Positions 19,809 through 28,752 of a stretch of 64,000 nucleotides of DNA are shown piece by piece. The DNA comes from an uncultured Candidatus Saccharibacteria bacterium (GTDB lineage Bacteria > Patescibacteriota > UBA1384 > DTJR01). The translations under genes and the position numbers were made by a program. Positions within the stretch are counted from its first letter, which is position 1, and each line of letters starts with the position of its first letter. The stretch spans positions 70,745 to 134,744 of the forward strand of contig CAZAOT010000001.1 in assembly GCA_964487045.1 (NCBI GenBank). The letters are read 5' to 3'. The notes under the pieces were generated by a model, which made no database searches, was not told where the DNA came from, and saw only the letters and a list, made by a program, of their open reading frames with translations.

Positions 19809-20750
19809 TTATTTGTCATTGGGTATTTTTTCGTCATTCTTGTTTTGGGTTTCGGTTTTTTTATTATGAAACCTTGTATGGACTTCCTTTAAGTGTTCGT
19901 CTGTAACATGAGTGTAAACCTGAGTTGTAGTGACATTGACGTGCCCAAGGAGGCGCTGGACTGAACGAATATCGGCGCCGCCGCGCAAAATGTCTGTCGC
20001 AAATGAGTGGCGCAGAGTGTGGGGAGTGACTTTTTTGACTATTCCGGCTTCTTTGGCGGCGCCTTGGACGATTCTTTCGACTTGCCGAGTAGTTAGGCGC
20101 TGCGTTTCTTTCTCCTGATCTTCTTTGCGCACTGTTAACACTCTGATAAAAACCGCTTCATCTTTATCTTCACGTTTTTTCAAATATTTTTTAAGTGTTT
20201 CACAGGCTGCTTCAGAGAGAAATACAATTCTTCTCTTGCCGCCTTTGCCCAAGACCGAAAATTCCCCACGCTCTAGATTTAATTGATCTATATCCATGTT
20301 CACGAGTTCGGAAACCCTGGTGCCTGTTGAAAATAGGACTTCTAGGATTGCTCTATTCCTAAGGTCCATCAAATCTGATCCGCCGTAGACCTTTAGGATC
20401 CTCTCAACTTCTCCTTTTTCTAAAAATTCAATTTCTCGCTCCGGGGTATCAGCGAGTTCTATCTTTTCTGCTGCTAGAGATTTGATATCGTTTTTGGCTA
20501 AATATTTGAGAAAGCTCCTGATCGAAATCATGTAGTAGTTGAGGGTCTTGTTGGCGAAATTTTTGCGGTGAAGCTCTAATCTCCACTTTTTAATTATCTC
20601 CAAATCTATTTCTTCTACCGATTTAACCCCTTTCTCTTTGGCAAAATCGGCGAACTTATTCAGATATGCGTCGTAGTTTCGAATTGTAAGCTGGGAGTGA
20701 CCGCGCTCTAGTTCGATATATTCTAAAAATTCTCTTATGTATTTGTCCAT
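19809..20750 (-). CDS. Tyrosine site-specific recombinase, XerC/XerD family
   Basis: C-terminal catalytic region HTLRHSFATDILRGGADIRSVQRLLGHVNVTTTQVYTHV (R..H..R..Y). N-terminal SAM-like domain. SD GAGGAAAT before the ATG. Confidence 0.85.
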   Translation of the reverse strand: MDKYIREFLEYIELERGHSQLTIRNYDAYLNKFADFAKEKGVKSVEEIDLEIIKKWRLELHRKNFANKTLNYYMISIRSFLKYLAKNDIKSLAAEKIELADTPEREIEFLEKGEVERILKVYGGSDLMDLRNRAILEVLFSTGTRVSELVNMDIDQLNLERGEFSVLGKGGKRRIVFLSEAACETLKKYLKKREDKDEAVFIRVLTVRKEDQEKETQRLTTRQVERIVQGAAKEAGIVKKVTPHTLRHSFATDILRGGADIRSVQRLLGHVNVTTTQVYTHVTDEHLKEVHTRFHNKKTETQNKNDEKIPNDK

Positions 20751-20842
20751 ATTTCCTCGCTAGATCCTTCGGCTCGCTTTGCTTGCTCAGGATGAAAATG
20801 ATTACATTTTCATTTTACGACATTAGGTGGTTAGAAGCAAAG

Positions 20843-21463
20843 TTAGTCGTTTTTTGAGTGTTTGATATGTCTCCAGATATACCAAACAAGTCCAATGAGA
20901 ATTAAAATGCCTATGGCATAATCGAATTTGTGAAAATAATCTTTAAGTGAGTTCCAATTTTCTCCCAGTTTAAAACCTACCCAGCCTAGGAAATAAGACC
21001 AGATCACCGATCCGATAAATGTCCAAACCGAGAACCAAAACAAGTTAACTCGCGCGATTCCGGCTGGAAAGGAAATGAAAGTTCTAATAACCGGAAGAAG
21101 TCTGCCTACAAAAACTGCTCCCATACCCCATCTACCGAACCACCGGTCTGCAATATCTAGGTCGTGCTTGCTCATCAGGATGTATTTTCCATATTTCTCG
21201 ATCAATGGTCGTCCTCCTTTTGCGCCTACCCAGTAGGACAAAAGAGATCCCCAGAGGCACCCAACTCCACCGGCTATTGCGACCCAAAAAAGATTAAATT
21301 TACCAGTAGAAACTAAATATCCCGAAAAAGGCATGATAACCTCTGAGGGCAGGGGGATGTTGGCGGATTCAATGCCCATTAGAAGAACTATTCCCCAATA
21401 ATCCATTGCTGAGATTGTGTTGATAACGAAATGGCTCAGTGCTGAAAGAATTGTTTCTACCAT
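20843..21463 (-). CDS. DedA/SNARE-associated (TVP38) family membrane protein
   Basis: EKYGKYILMSKHDLDIADRWFGRWGMGAVFVGRLLPVIRTFISFPAGIARVNLFWFSVWTFIGS matches the DedA signature region. Start taken at MVETIL, preceded by AGGAG; the track ORF extends to 21550. Confidence 0.75.
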   Translation of the reverse strand: MVETILSALSHFVINTISAMDYWGIVLLMGIESANIPLPSEVIMPFSGYLVSTGKFNLFWVAIAGGVGCLWGSLLSYWVGAKGGRPLIEKYGKYILMSKHDLDIADRWFGRWGMGAVFVGRLLPVIRTFISFPAGIARVNLFWFSVWTFIGSVIWSYFLGWVGFKLGENWNSLKDYFHKFDYAIGILILIGLVWYIWRHIKHSKND

Positions 21464-21479
21464 AGTGAATACTCCTAAG

Positions 21480-22097
21480 TTATATAAATAGTTCAAATCC
21501 AAATAAATAGAACACGGCTTCGGTAACGGCAAATGCGACCAAGAATCCACCGACGACTTGCCACAGAGTGTGTTTTTTGAGAGTAACCCTTGCCCAACCT
21601 ATGATGGGAATGAGGAGAAAAAGTGGGGCGAAACGAAGTCCTCCTAAAATCGTAATTGCGGTGACTACTGAAGTTGTGACGGCTGTATGGAAGCTAATTT
21701 TCCAATAAAAAGTAATGACAGTAGTAATTATTGTCATACATAATCCAGAGAGGGTATATACGACAAACTTAAGCGGAGCTTTAAGGAAATACAGGATTGC
21801 TAAGGCAGCTACAATTGAACCGATAAAAACAACTAGATACAGCGGTCTGTCCTCTCTGTTAGTTAGGTCTAGGTCATCTACCCAACCTAATTTATAAGTA
21901 ACAGCGAAAAACAAAAGTGGTAGAAATATCAAAAATGGTGCTATAAAAGTGATCCATTTCAAACCTTCGGAAAAATCTGCAGCGTACCAAAAGATTAGAA
22001 ACACAAAGAAAACCGTTGCGACAAGCGGTGGAAAAAACGCCCATGAGATTATCTCAGCTACAAAATGCCTATATCTTTTTTCTGCTACTTGTTTCAT
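21480..22097 (-). CDS. Polytopic membrane protein, degenerate PAP2-like (ISFHTA…ARVTLKKHTLWQV)
   Basis: Six predicted TM helices. Motifs resemble PAP2 PSGH and SRx5Hx3D with substitutions. Overlaps the downstream PAP2 gene by 4 nt. Confidence 0.45.
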   Translation of the reverse strand: MKQVAEKRYRHFVAEIISWAFFPPLVATVFFVFLIFWYAADFSEGLKWITFIAPFLIFLPLLFFAVTYKLGWVDDLDLTNREDRPLYLVVFIGSIVAALAILYFLKAPLKFVVYTLSGLCMTIITTVITFYWKISFHTAVTTSVVTAITILGGLRFAPLFLLIPIIGWARVTLKKHTLWQVVGGFLVAFAVTEAVFYLFGFELFI

Positions 22098-22675
22098 GCA
22101 AACCTAATTTTCTTCAAAAACTTTATCATTGGTTTCCAGACAGCTTTATCAAGTGGCTTTTCGAAAAGCTTTATTAGTCCTATACCAAGAAGTGCCGAAA
22201 CAGCTCCGCCTAGAATATCGAGCGGGAAGTGTATGCCGAGCGTGACTCTGGCAGCGCAGATTATAACTGCAAATAATAGAAACCAGTTGGCCGCTTTTTT
22301 ATATCCAAAGAAATATAATCCAAAGGTTAGGGTAAAGAGGGCTGTGGCGTGATCTGAGGGAAATGAGTAGTCAGGTCTATGGAAAATCAGTTCTTTTGCT
22401 CCGATAAATGCTAAGTCTGGCCTAGGTCTGAACCAGATAGCTGGGACGACATTTTTGGTGATAATGAACCAGCTAATCAGCATGCCGGCAAAGGAAAAAG
22501 CTAAGGCTCTCTGCTCTTTTTTAACTGCAAACCATAATATTAAGAGGACTACCGGTAAAGCATAAACCAGATAAACACCTAAAAAAATAATAATCTTATC
22601 CAAGGCAGTACTTTTCCCGACGAGTGACTCGTTGAGCCAAACCAAAATACTCTGATCAATCGACAATATGTTCAT
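22094..22675 (-). CDS. PAP2-family lipid phosphatase (undecaprenyl-diphosphatase/PgpB-like)
   Basis: Canonical PAP2 motifs: RPRP, PSDHA, ARVTLGIHFPLDILGG. Confidence 0.8.
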   Translation of the reverse strand: MNILSIDQSILVWLNESLVGKSTALDKIIIFLGVYLVYALPVVLLILWFAVKKEQRALAFSFAGMLISWFIITKNVVPAIWFRPRPDLAFIGAKELIFHRPDYSFPSDHATALFTLTFGLYFFGYKKAANWFLLFAVIICAARVTLGIHFPLDILGGAVSALLGIGLIKLFEKPLDKAVWKPMIKFLKKIRFA

Positions 22676-22743
22676 GTGCTAATTGTAGCAATAAACCTAG
22701 ATTGATCAATATTTTTATTGCTAGCTAGGTGTATAATTAAACT

Positions 22744-23259
22744 ATGCTCTTAGAGTTAAGTAAGATCGCTGGTTTATCTGTAGGCTCTTTTGATGAAGGG
22801 GCCTTGGTTGGAAAAATTGTAAAACCAGTTATTAGCTATAAGGAGAAAAAAGTACTTGGGTTTGTAGTTAAGCCAAGCGGTTTTCTCGCTCAAAACAAAG
22901 TCATTTCTATTGAAGATGTAATCGATATCGACCAAAGTGGTCTTGTAGTAAGGTCGGCAGAGAGCTTGATCGATCTGGGTGAAGTTGTTCGCATGTCTGA
23001 AATTATCAAATCAAAATTTAAGCTGATTGGTCTTGGGGTGGAAAGCAAAGAAGGGAAATATCTGGGCAATGTTTATGATGCTTTGGTTGACTCGAGCTCA
23101 GGTGAGATAATTAGAATTTATGTCAGACAATTTTTGTCTGATTACGTTTTTGATCATAGCCAGATTGAGGAGATCACCTTAAAGATGGTAAAACTGCGAA
23201 CAGAAAAAAGACAAAGAGCTAAGAAAACAATCGAATCATTTTCTCAGGCGAAGGCATAG
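22744..23259 (+). CDS. PRC-barrel domain protein (two tandem PRC barrels)
   Basis: Two internally repeated ~75-aa segments (…GKIVKPVISYKEKKVLGFVV… / …GNVYDALVDSSSGEIIRIYV…), typical of PRC-barrel/YlmC-like proteins. Inference from pattern. Confidence 0.5.
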   Translation: MLLELSKIAGLSVGSFDEGALVGKIVKPVISYKEKKVLGFVVKPSGFLAQNKVISIEDVIDIDQSGLVVRSAESLIDLGEVVRMSEIIKSKFKLIGLGVESKEGKYLGNVYDALVDSSSGEIIRIYVRQFLSDYVFDHSQIEEITLKMVKLRTEKRQRAKKTIESFSQAKA

Positions 23260-23291
23260 CGGGATTTTAATAATAATGTTAGCCTTAGAAT

Positions 23292-23513
23292 ATGCAAAAT
23301 ATTTTAATTTGGGCGAGTAATATAGCCATCTTTTCTTCTTATATCGCCTATGAGTGGGCGATGATTAAGGGCAAAGCCAAGCCACATCGCACAACTCGGT
23401 TGGTTATCGCTGTCATTGTTATCTTGGGATTTCTTTCGATGTATGCCCAGGGTGATCGAGTTGTGGTGTGGTTTCTTGGAATTTGTTCGATTCAATCGAT
23501 CGTAATGTTTTGA
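23292..23513 (+). CDS. Small membrane protein (73 aa), possibly the N-terminal part of a frameshifted gene
   Basis: Two hydrophobic helices. Overlaps the next ORF (23468-23860) by 46 nt in a different frame. Confidence 0.35.
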   Translation: MQNILIWASNIAIFSSYIAYEWAMIKGKAKPHRTTRLVIAVIVILGFLSMYAQGDRVVVWFLGICSIQSIVMF

Positions 23514-23860
23514 TGAGTCTTAAGTATGGTATGGGCGGATGGTCTAAAACCGATATTTTGTGTTTAATGTTAGCAGTATTAGGCATAATTCTATGGAAAA
23601 TCACTGATAACCCAGCCTTAGGACTTTACGCTGCTGTGACTGCCGATTTCGCGGGTATGATCCCAGCGCTTGTGAAAACCTATAAAAATCCAGCAACAGA
23701 GCATTATCTGGCATATGCTTTTGATCTTACGGCAATTCTTTTGACGGGCCTAGCGATCCGAAACGGAGGATTCAATGAATATCTTTATCCGGTTTATTTA
23801 TTTTTAATAAATGGGCTGATGATGATTTTTCTGCTTAGAGATAAGCCAGTTTCTAGCTGA
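23468..23860 (+). CDS. Membrane protein (130 aa, 3-4 TM), possibly the C-terminal part of a frameshifted gene
   Basis: GTG start. Frame is open only from 23456. Hydrophobic throughout. Confidence 0.35.
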   Translation: MVSWNLFDSIDRNVLMSLKYGMGGWSKTDILCLMLAVLGIILWKITDNPALGLYAAVTADFAGMIPALVKTYKNPATEHYLAYAFDLTAILLTGLAIRNGGFNEYLYPVYLFLINGLMMIFLLRDKPVSS

Positions 23861-23879
23861 TCGATCAGTCGAGTTACTT

Positions 23880-24554
23880 TTAAGTAGGTCTTTTAATTAT
23901 CAACTCTTGCTCAGGGGATTCGGATAACAGATTTTCAACTATAATCTTTGAAACATAATCGGGATCCATGTAGTCTTTATAGTCAGCCGGTTTTGCCTCA
24001 TCGAATAGCTTGGTTTTCATGCCACCAGGATAAACAGCGATCACTTTGATATTTGATTCCTTGAGCTCTTCCTGAAGTGACTTTGTGAAGCCACTCGCTG
24101 CAAACTTGCTAGCGCAATAAGCAGCCGAATTTGGCCGGCCGGAAAGCGCACTTGTTGAGATAATGTTCAAAATTATTCCTGAATTCTGCCTCCTCATTTC
24201 TCTAAGAGCCGCCTGAGTGCCATAGATTAATCCAAAAACATTTACCTCAAACATTTTTACAAGCCGCTTGGGCTCAATAGATTCAACTGGTGCGTGAGCA
24301 ATCCAAATACCAGCATTATTAATCCAAATATCGATTTTTCCGTGTCGTTTAGCAATCTCTTGAGCAGAATTAGCGACCTTCTCTGGATCAGTGACGTCAC
24401 ATATTTCATATGCTGCACCTAGCTCATTTGCTGTTGCTTTGGTTTTTGGCTCATCGATATCCAAAATAATAATTTTGTTTTGTTTGCTTAGGTTTTTAGC
24501 AATCGCTTTACCTAATCCCTCACCCCCACCAGTAATGACAATTGTTTGTTTCAT
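23880..24554 (-). CDS. Short-chain dehydrogenase/reductase (SDR) family oxidoreductase
   Basis: TGGGEGLGKAIA Rossmann motif, NNAG, and catalytic YCASK (YxxxK). Confidence 0.85.
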   Translation of the reverse strand: MKQTIVITGGGEGLGKAIAKNLSKQNKIIILDIDEPKTKATANELGAAYEICDVTDPEKVANSAQEIAKRHGKIDIWINNAGIWIAHAPVESIEPKRLVKMFEVNVFGLIYGTQAALREMRRQNSGIILNIISTSALSGRPNSAAYCASKFAASGFTKSLQEELKESNIKVIAVYPGGMKTKLFDEAKPADYKDYMDPDYVSKIIVENLLSESPEQELIIKRPT

Positions 24555-24562
24555 AATGTTTT

Positions 24563-25162
24563 TTATATTTGTGGTATATCGGTGCCATTTGTCTCTTGAG
24601 GTTTATTACCTCGAACAGCGAGGGTAATTAGGGCGATTAAGGCAACTCCCGCAACAACGGCGGCAATAATTCCATAAAGCTTGTTTCCTGCGCTTGAAGT
24701 TGTGTCAGTCGCAGCAGTTGTAGCTACAGGGGTTGTTATAACGGCTGGCTGCCCGATAAGTGATTCGTCTGTAGAACCTAGAGGTACTGCAGTTGCAGAA
24801 GTGAGTGATCCAATGGCAGAGTCGGTAGTTGAGCTAGTTTGGTCAGTCGTGGCAGTATCAACCCCGAAGCTATTTACTGATGATTCTGTGTTTGAAGAGC
24901 TAGTTGGTGCGGTTGGGCTAATCACAAAACTCGAATTGGTGCTTGCGCCGGATGAGGAAGTAGAACCACTTGTTTCATTAACTGGTGCGGCTGGGACTGG
25001 TGGTAGTGCGATTGAGCTATTATTTTGCGTAAGAGAGGGAGGAAGCGTATCTGCTGAAATGCTATTTTTCAGAAAATAATAAGAGCTTCCGAGCCCCGCG
25101 ACGACCACTATTGCTAGTGCCGAAAATGTTATAATTCTATTTTTGTTTGACTTTGATGCCAT
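24563..25162 (-). CDS. Ser/Thr-rich surface protein with N-terminal signal/anchor and C-terminal hydrophobic anchor
   Basis: N-terminal TM (ITFSALAIVVVAGLGSSYYF), long S/T/A low-complexity region, C-terminal TM (LYGIIAAVVAGVALIALITLAV). SD GGAGGAAA. Confidence 0.5.
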   Translation of the reverse strand: MASKSNKNRIITFSALAIVVVAGLGSSYYFLKNSISADTLPPSLTQNNSSIALPPVPAAPVNETSGSTSSSGASTNSSFVISPTAPTSSSNTESSVNSFGVDTATTDQTSSTTDSAIGSLTSATAVPLGSTDESLIGQPAVITTPVATTAATDTTSSAGNKLYGIIAAVVAGVALIALITLAVRGNKPQETNGTDIPQI

Positions 25163-25273
25163 TTTCCTCCTTATGTCTTATCTAATTAAATCTCTATCGG
25201 AGGGATTAGTCAATTATCTTATCTATCTCACTTACACCTTTAAATTTATCTGCAAACCTGTTAATATACTCGT

Positions 25274-26452
25274 ATGTCGTTATCTATCGGAATAGTAGGG
25301 CTGCCAAATGTTGGCAAGTCGACGCTGTTTAATGCAATGCTCAAAAGTGAGCTTGCTGAGGCAGCTAATTTTGCGTTTACGACAATCGATCCTAACGTAG
25401 GAATTGTCGATGTGCCCGATAATCGCCTCGAAAAATTATCAGAAATCGAGAATTCTGATCGAATCGTACCTGCAACGGTCAAATTTATTGATATTGCCGG
25501 GATAATTGCCGGAGCACATAAAGGTGAGGGGCTTGGTAATAAATTTCTAGCTAATATTAGAGAAGTTGACGCAATTGCTATGGTTGTTCGAACTTTTGAA
25601 AATAAAGACGTGATGCATGTCTCAGGCGATATCAATCCCAAAAGTGATATTGAGACGATCATGACCGAGCTGGTGCTAGCTGATATGGAAACACTTGAGA
25701 AAAGGATACCTGCAGTTGAGAAAGAAGTAAGGGCAGACGAGAAATCAGCGGCTAAAAAGTTAGAGGCATACCATAAGGTTTCGAAAGTTTTTGAAAATTC
25801 TCGCCCAGCAATTGAGGCGGGGCTTGATGAAGAAGAGAAATTTCTTCTTAAAGAGGCAAATTTTCTGACATTAAAGCCATTTTTATACATATTTAATGTT
25901 TCGGAAGATAAGGTTGGAGAATACCCAGCCGATCTTATCGAGGCATACGAGCTCGAGGGATTGGTCAGGACTTGCCCCGTTAGAGATAGCCGACGCCTTG
26001 ATGGGGGAGAAGAGTCGGGTGCTGTTCGAGAGTCGGCGTCGATCTCTAACGGGGTGAACGCGACCGTTATTTCTGCCAAAATCGAGTCAGAATTAAATTC
26101 TTTGAGCGATATAGATCGAATCGAATATCTTAGCGACCTTGGACTTGAAGAACCAGGACTTAACCGACTAATAGTATCGGCATATAAAACCTTAGGTTTG
26201 GTTTCATTCTTCACTGCAGGTCCGATGGAAGCTAGAGCTTGGACTATCAACGAAGGCGATAAAGCGCCTCGAGCAGCTGGAAAAATTCATCAAGATTTTG
26301 AAAAAAAGTTTATCAAGGCTGAAGTAGTAGCCTACGATGATTTCGTATCTCTTGGTGGCTGGAAGGCTGCTAAAGAGGCTGGTAAAGTAAGGCTCGAAGG
26401 CAAAGAATATCAGGTCAAAGAAGCTGACGTTTTGTTTATTCATCACGGGTAG
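25274..26452 (+). CDS. ychF: Ribosome-binding ATPase YchF (Obg-family GTPase) with a 30-aa in-frame insertion
   Basis: MSLSIGIVGLPNVGKSTLFNAM, …DIAGIIAGAHKGEGLGNKFLANIREVDAI…, C-terminal TGS domain …AGKIHQDFEKKFIKAEVV… collinear with E. coli YchF, except for the extra segment LVRTCPVRDSRRLDGGEESGAVRESASISNG. Confidence 0.9.
   Translation: MSLSIGIVGLPNVGKSTLFNAMLKSELAEAANFAFTTIDPNVGIVDVPDNRLEKLSEIENSDRIVPATVKFIDIAGIIAGAHKGEGLGNKFLANIREVDAIAMVVRTFENKDVMHVSGDINPKSDIETIMTELVLADMETLEKRIPAVEKEVRADEKSAAKKLEAYHKVSKVFENSRPAIEAGLDEEEKFLLKEANFLTLKPFLYIFNVSEDKVGEYPADLIEAYELEGLVRTCPVRDSRRLDGGEESGAVRESASISNGVNATVISAKIESELNSLSDIDRIEYLSDLGLEEPGLNRLIVSAYKTLGLVSFFTAGPMEARAWTINEGDKAPRAAGKIHQDFEKKFIKAEVVAYDDFVSLGGWKAAKEAGKVRLEGKEYQVKEADVLFIHHG
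25975..26054. repeat. GC-rich palindromic element inserted in-frame inside ychF. Arms ccccgttagagatagccgacgcc / ggcgtcgatctctaacgggg, with internal direct repeat agagtcgg.
   Basis: Read directly; ~20-bp inverted-repeat arms. Composition contrasts with the AT-rich host gene. Reading frame is preserved. Confidence 0.7.
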
Positions 26453-26473
26453 GCGAAACAAAATTGTTTTTGG

Positions 26474-26571
26474 TATAATTCTTAGCAGAAAGTAAAGTTT
26501 GTCCCACTCCGCCCCAAGGAGGGCTTCGCGGGACTTTCGGGGCAGTTATACTGCCTCGAAACGGAGGAAAA
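26474..26571 (+). promoter_or_regulatory. Extended -10 promoter (TGgTATAAT, 26471-26479) followed by a structured ~80-nt GC-rich leader with hairpins at 26501-26534 and 26541-26555, upstream of the 26572 CDS
   Basis: Hexamer and hairpins read directly. SD GGAGG at 26563-26567. Confidence 0.4.
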
Positions 26572-27480
26572 ATGACAGGACTAGGCGGACCAGCACAACC
26601 AATAGAATCAAGTGATGGCGTAAAAATCCCAGTGACAACTGGAGAGTTTCCTACTAAAGAACAATCAACGGTTCCTGAAAGAGTTATTAGTGATATCAAA
26701 CCGCCTGAAGCCCCGGCTGCATCTATTCAAGTACCCGTGCAGGGCGAAGATGAAGCGATGCAAACAGCTCTAGGTAATATTGATAAAGTGGCCAAGCAGT
26801 CACAAACTGCTCCTTCGGGTTTGGAAATACGAGAAGAAAATGCTGGAGAGCCAGTTGAGATTAAAACAGATCAAGCCACACAGGATGCAGTTAGCGATTC
26901 GCTAAAAGGTAAGAGCCCGGAAAGTTTAGAGGCGCTTGTTTCAGCCGATGCAGATCCTGGACCATCATCGGAAGAATTACCTCCGGCTATGTCAGCAGAA
27001 GCACCTGCTGAACTACCTCAAGCTCCAATTGAAGCTGCAGCTCCAGAGTCTGCCCCAGTAGCTGCGCCTCCTACGGAAGAACCGGCTCCGGCACCCTTTG
27101 TTTTGCCTCCTGCTCCTACTGAGGAAGTCATAGAAGAAACCCCGCCAGATGCTGCTCCGGTGATTGGTGAACCAAGAAAGATTTCTAGAGCTGAAGAGAA
27201 TCAAGGAGTTGAGAGAGTGATTGCTAACATGCAGGAATATCGAAGGCAGCGAAATCTTGCAATTGATCGCCAAAGACAGATTGCGGATCAAATTCTTGCA
27301 GAAACAGATTCGGAAAAGCAAAAAGCACTTGAGCTTGATCTTCGTCAAGTTACCAGAGAAATTGATGGGTGGAATAATGAATTGAATATATTAGCCGCTA
27401 ATATGGCGTTTTATATTAATTACCGAGTTGGTCCGTCAAACCAAGAGCAGGGCCCTGGTGTGGCAGGAGGAGTAAAATAA
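26572..27480 (+). CDS. Hypothetical Pro/Ala/Glu-rich protein with a C-terminal coiled-coil-like region
   Basis: Low-complexity PAPE repeats. Stop overlaps the next start (TAATG). Confidence 0.5.
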   Translation: MTGLGGPAQPIESSDGVKIPVTTGEFPTKEQSTVPERVISDIKPPEAPAASIQVPVQGEDEAMQTALGNIDKVAKQSQTAPSGLEIREENAGEPVEIKTDQATQDAVSDSLKGKSPESLEALVSADADPGPSSEELPPAMSAEAPAELPQAPIEAAAPESAPVAAPPTEEPAPAPFVLPPAPTEEVIEETPPDAAPVIGEPRKISRAEENQGVERVIANMQEYRRQRNLAIDRQRQIADQILAETDSEKQKALELDLRQVTREIDGWNNELNILAANMAFYINYRVGPSNQEQGPGVAGGVK

Positions 27481-27995
27481 TGGAAACAATTGAAGTTTTA
27501 TATATTATCCTGGGAGCGTGTGTCGTCGTAATCACTGTCACTATAGTTTGGCTTGCCAACGAAACAATGAGATTGGTGCGGTCGCTTCGCAAATCAAGCG
27601 AGGATGTAGAGTTTATGACCAGTGAATTCAAGGAAAAAGTTCTGATGGTAAGCGAGGCCTTGGATCGAGCTGGCTCGGCCGCAACGAATATTATTTCATT
27701 AGTCGAGGACGCGATTGAAGGAATTAAGGAAAAGCGTGATCAGCTTTCTGACTCGATAGGCTTAGTGACGGGAGTAGGCGAGTATTTCAAAAAACGAAAA
27801 GAAAAGTCGGATGAAAAGAAAGAAGAGCCGATAGAAGAAAAACCAAAAAAAGTTGTAAAAAAAATAAATGAACCTGTCCAGGAAAAGGTAAAAAAAGAAG
27901 AACCAGAGGAAGAAATTAAAGAAGAAGAGACTAAAAAAGCTGATGATCTTGAAGATGCCAAGCCAATCAAAAAGGAAGTGGCTGAAAAGAAATAA
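27480..27995 (+). CDS. Membrane-anchored protein (N-terminal TM plus a Lys/Glu-rich coiled-coil tail; DUF948-like architecture)
   Basis: TM YIILGACVVVITVTIVWL, then a charged KE-rich tail. SD GGAGGAG 8 nt upstream. Confidence 0.5.
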   Translation: METIEVLYIILGACVVVITVTIVWLANETMRLVRSLRKSSEDVEFMTSEFKEKVLMVSEALDRAGSAATNIISLVEDAIEGIKEKRDQLSDSIGLVTGVGEYFKKRKEKSDEKKEEPIEEKPKKVVKKINEPVQEKVKKEEPEEEIKEEETKKADDLEDAKPIKKEVAEKK

Positions 27996-28743
27996 TCTGA
28001 TTTGGTTTGTAGTACTAATACTTATAGTTTTTGGCGCAGTGATTGTTTTCCGCAGGATGGATCTAAAATCCACCCAAAAACAGGCTTTGGTTGAGAATGC
28101 CTTGGCGCCTTCTGTTACAAGCACTCCAAGTGAAGCGCCTAGCGTTTTGAATATTTCTGTGCAATCAACCCGAACCATTTCGCCGGAGCTTAATTTAGAC
28201 GTGCCATTTACCTCGCAGGCGCCTACTGCTAACTGGGATGCTCAACATGAAGAGAATTGCGAGGAAGCATCGCTTCTGATGGCCAATCGTTATTTTAGTT
28301 CTAGAGAAATAGATTCAGCCGAAGACGCGGAAAGTGGAATGCAGCAGATTATCGATTGGGAAAATGTTAACTTAGGTGTTTCTGATTCAATTGACGCCGA
28401 GCAAACCTCTAGAATAGTGAAAGAATTTTTAAATTTAAAATCAGAAGTTTTGACTAATCCAAGCGTAGAGCAAATCAAGCAAGCGATTTTTGATGGAAAA
28501 TTAGTTCTTGTACCCGCTAGTGGCCGAGAATTAAAAAACCCATTTTTTAAGCAGCCCGGGCCGCTTTATCACATGCTTGTTATCAAGGGCTACAGTGAGA
28601 ATAAATTTATTACAAATGATCCTGGTACTAGGCGCGGTGAAAACTATGTTTATGACGTAAAAACGATTTTAGACGCCAATCATGAGTGGAATGGTGGCGA
28701 TGTGCTCAGTGGAAAGGCTAAAATAGTTGTCGTTTCTAAGTAA
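27943..28743 (+). CDS. Membrane-anchored papain-like cysteine peptidase, C39-like domain
   Basis: N-terminal TM. Motifs FTSQAPTANWDAQHEENCEEASLLMANRYF (Gln…Cys) and YHMLVIKGY (His) resemble the C39/BtrH-like peptidase fold. Start uncertain; the track start overlaps the previous gene by 53 nt. Confidence 0.5.
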   Translation: MILKMPSQSKRKWLKRNNLIWFVVLILIVFGAVIVFRRMDLKSTQKQALVENALAPSVTSTPSEAPSVLNISVQSTRTISPELNLDVPFTSQAPTANWDAQHEENCEEASLLMANRYFSSREIDSAEDAESGMQQIIDWENVNLGVSDSIDAEQTSRIVKEFLNLKSEVLTNPSVEQIKQAIFDGKLVLVPASGRELKNPFFKQPGPLYHMLVIKGYSENKFITNDPGTRRGENYVYDVKTILDANHEWNGGDVLSGKAKIVVVSK

Positions 28744-28752
28744 CTATTAGCC

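Noticed and set aside
19809-20750. Tyrosine recombinase as a prophage or ICE integrase marking a mobile element
   Set aside because: No phage, conjugation or excisionase genes flank it. Neighbours are housekeeping membrane proteins. It is not adjacent to the tRNA or to any GC-rich cassette. Most parsimoniously the chromosomal XerC/D-type dimer-resolution recombinase.
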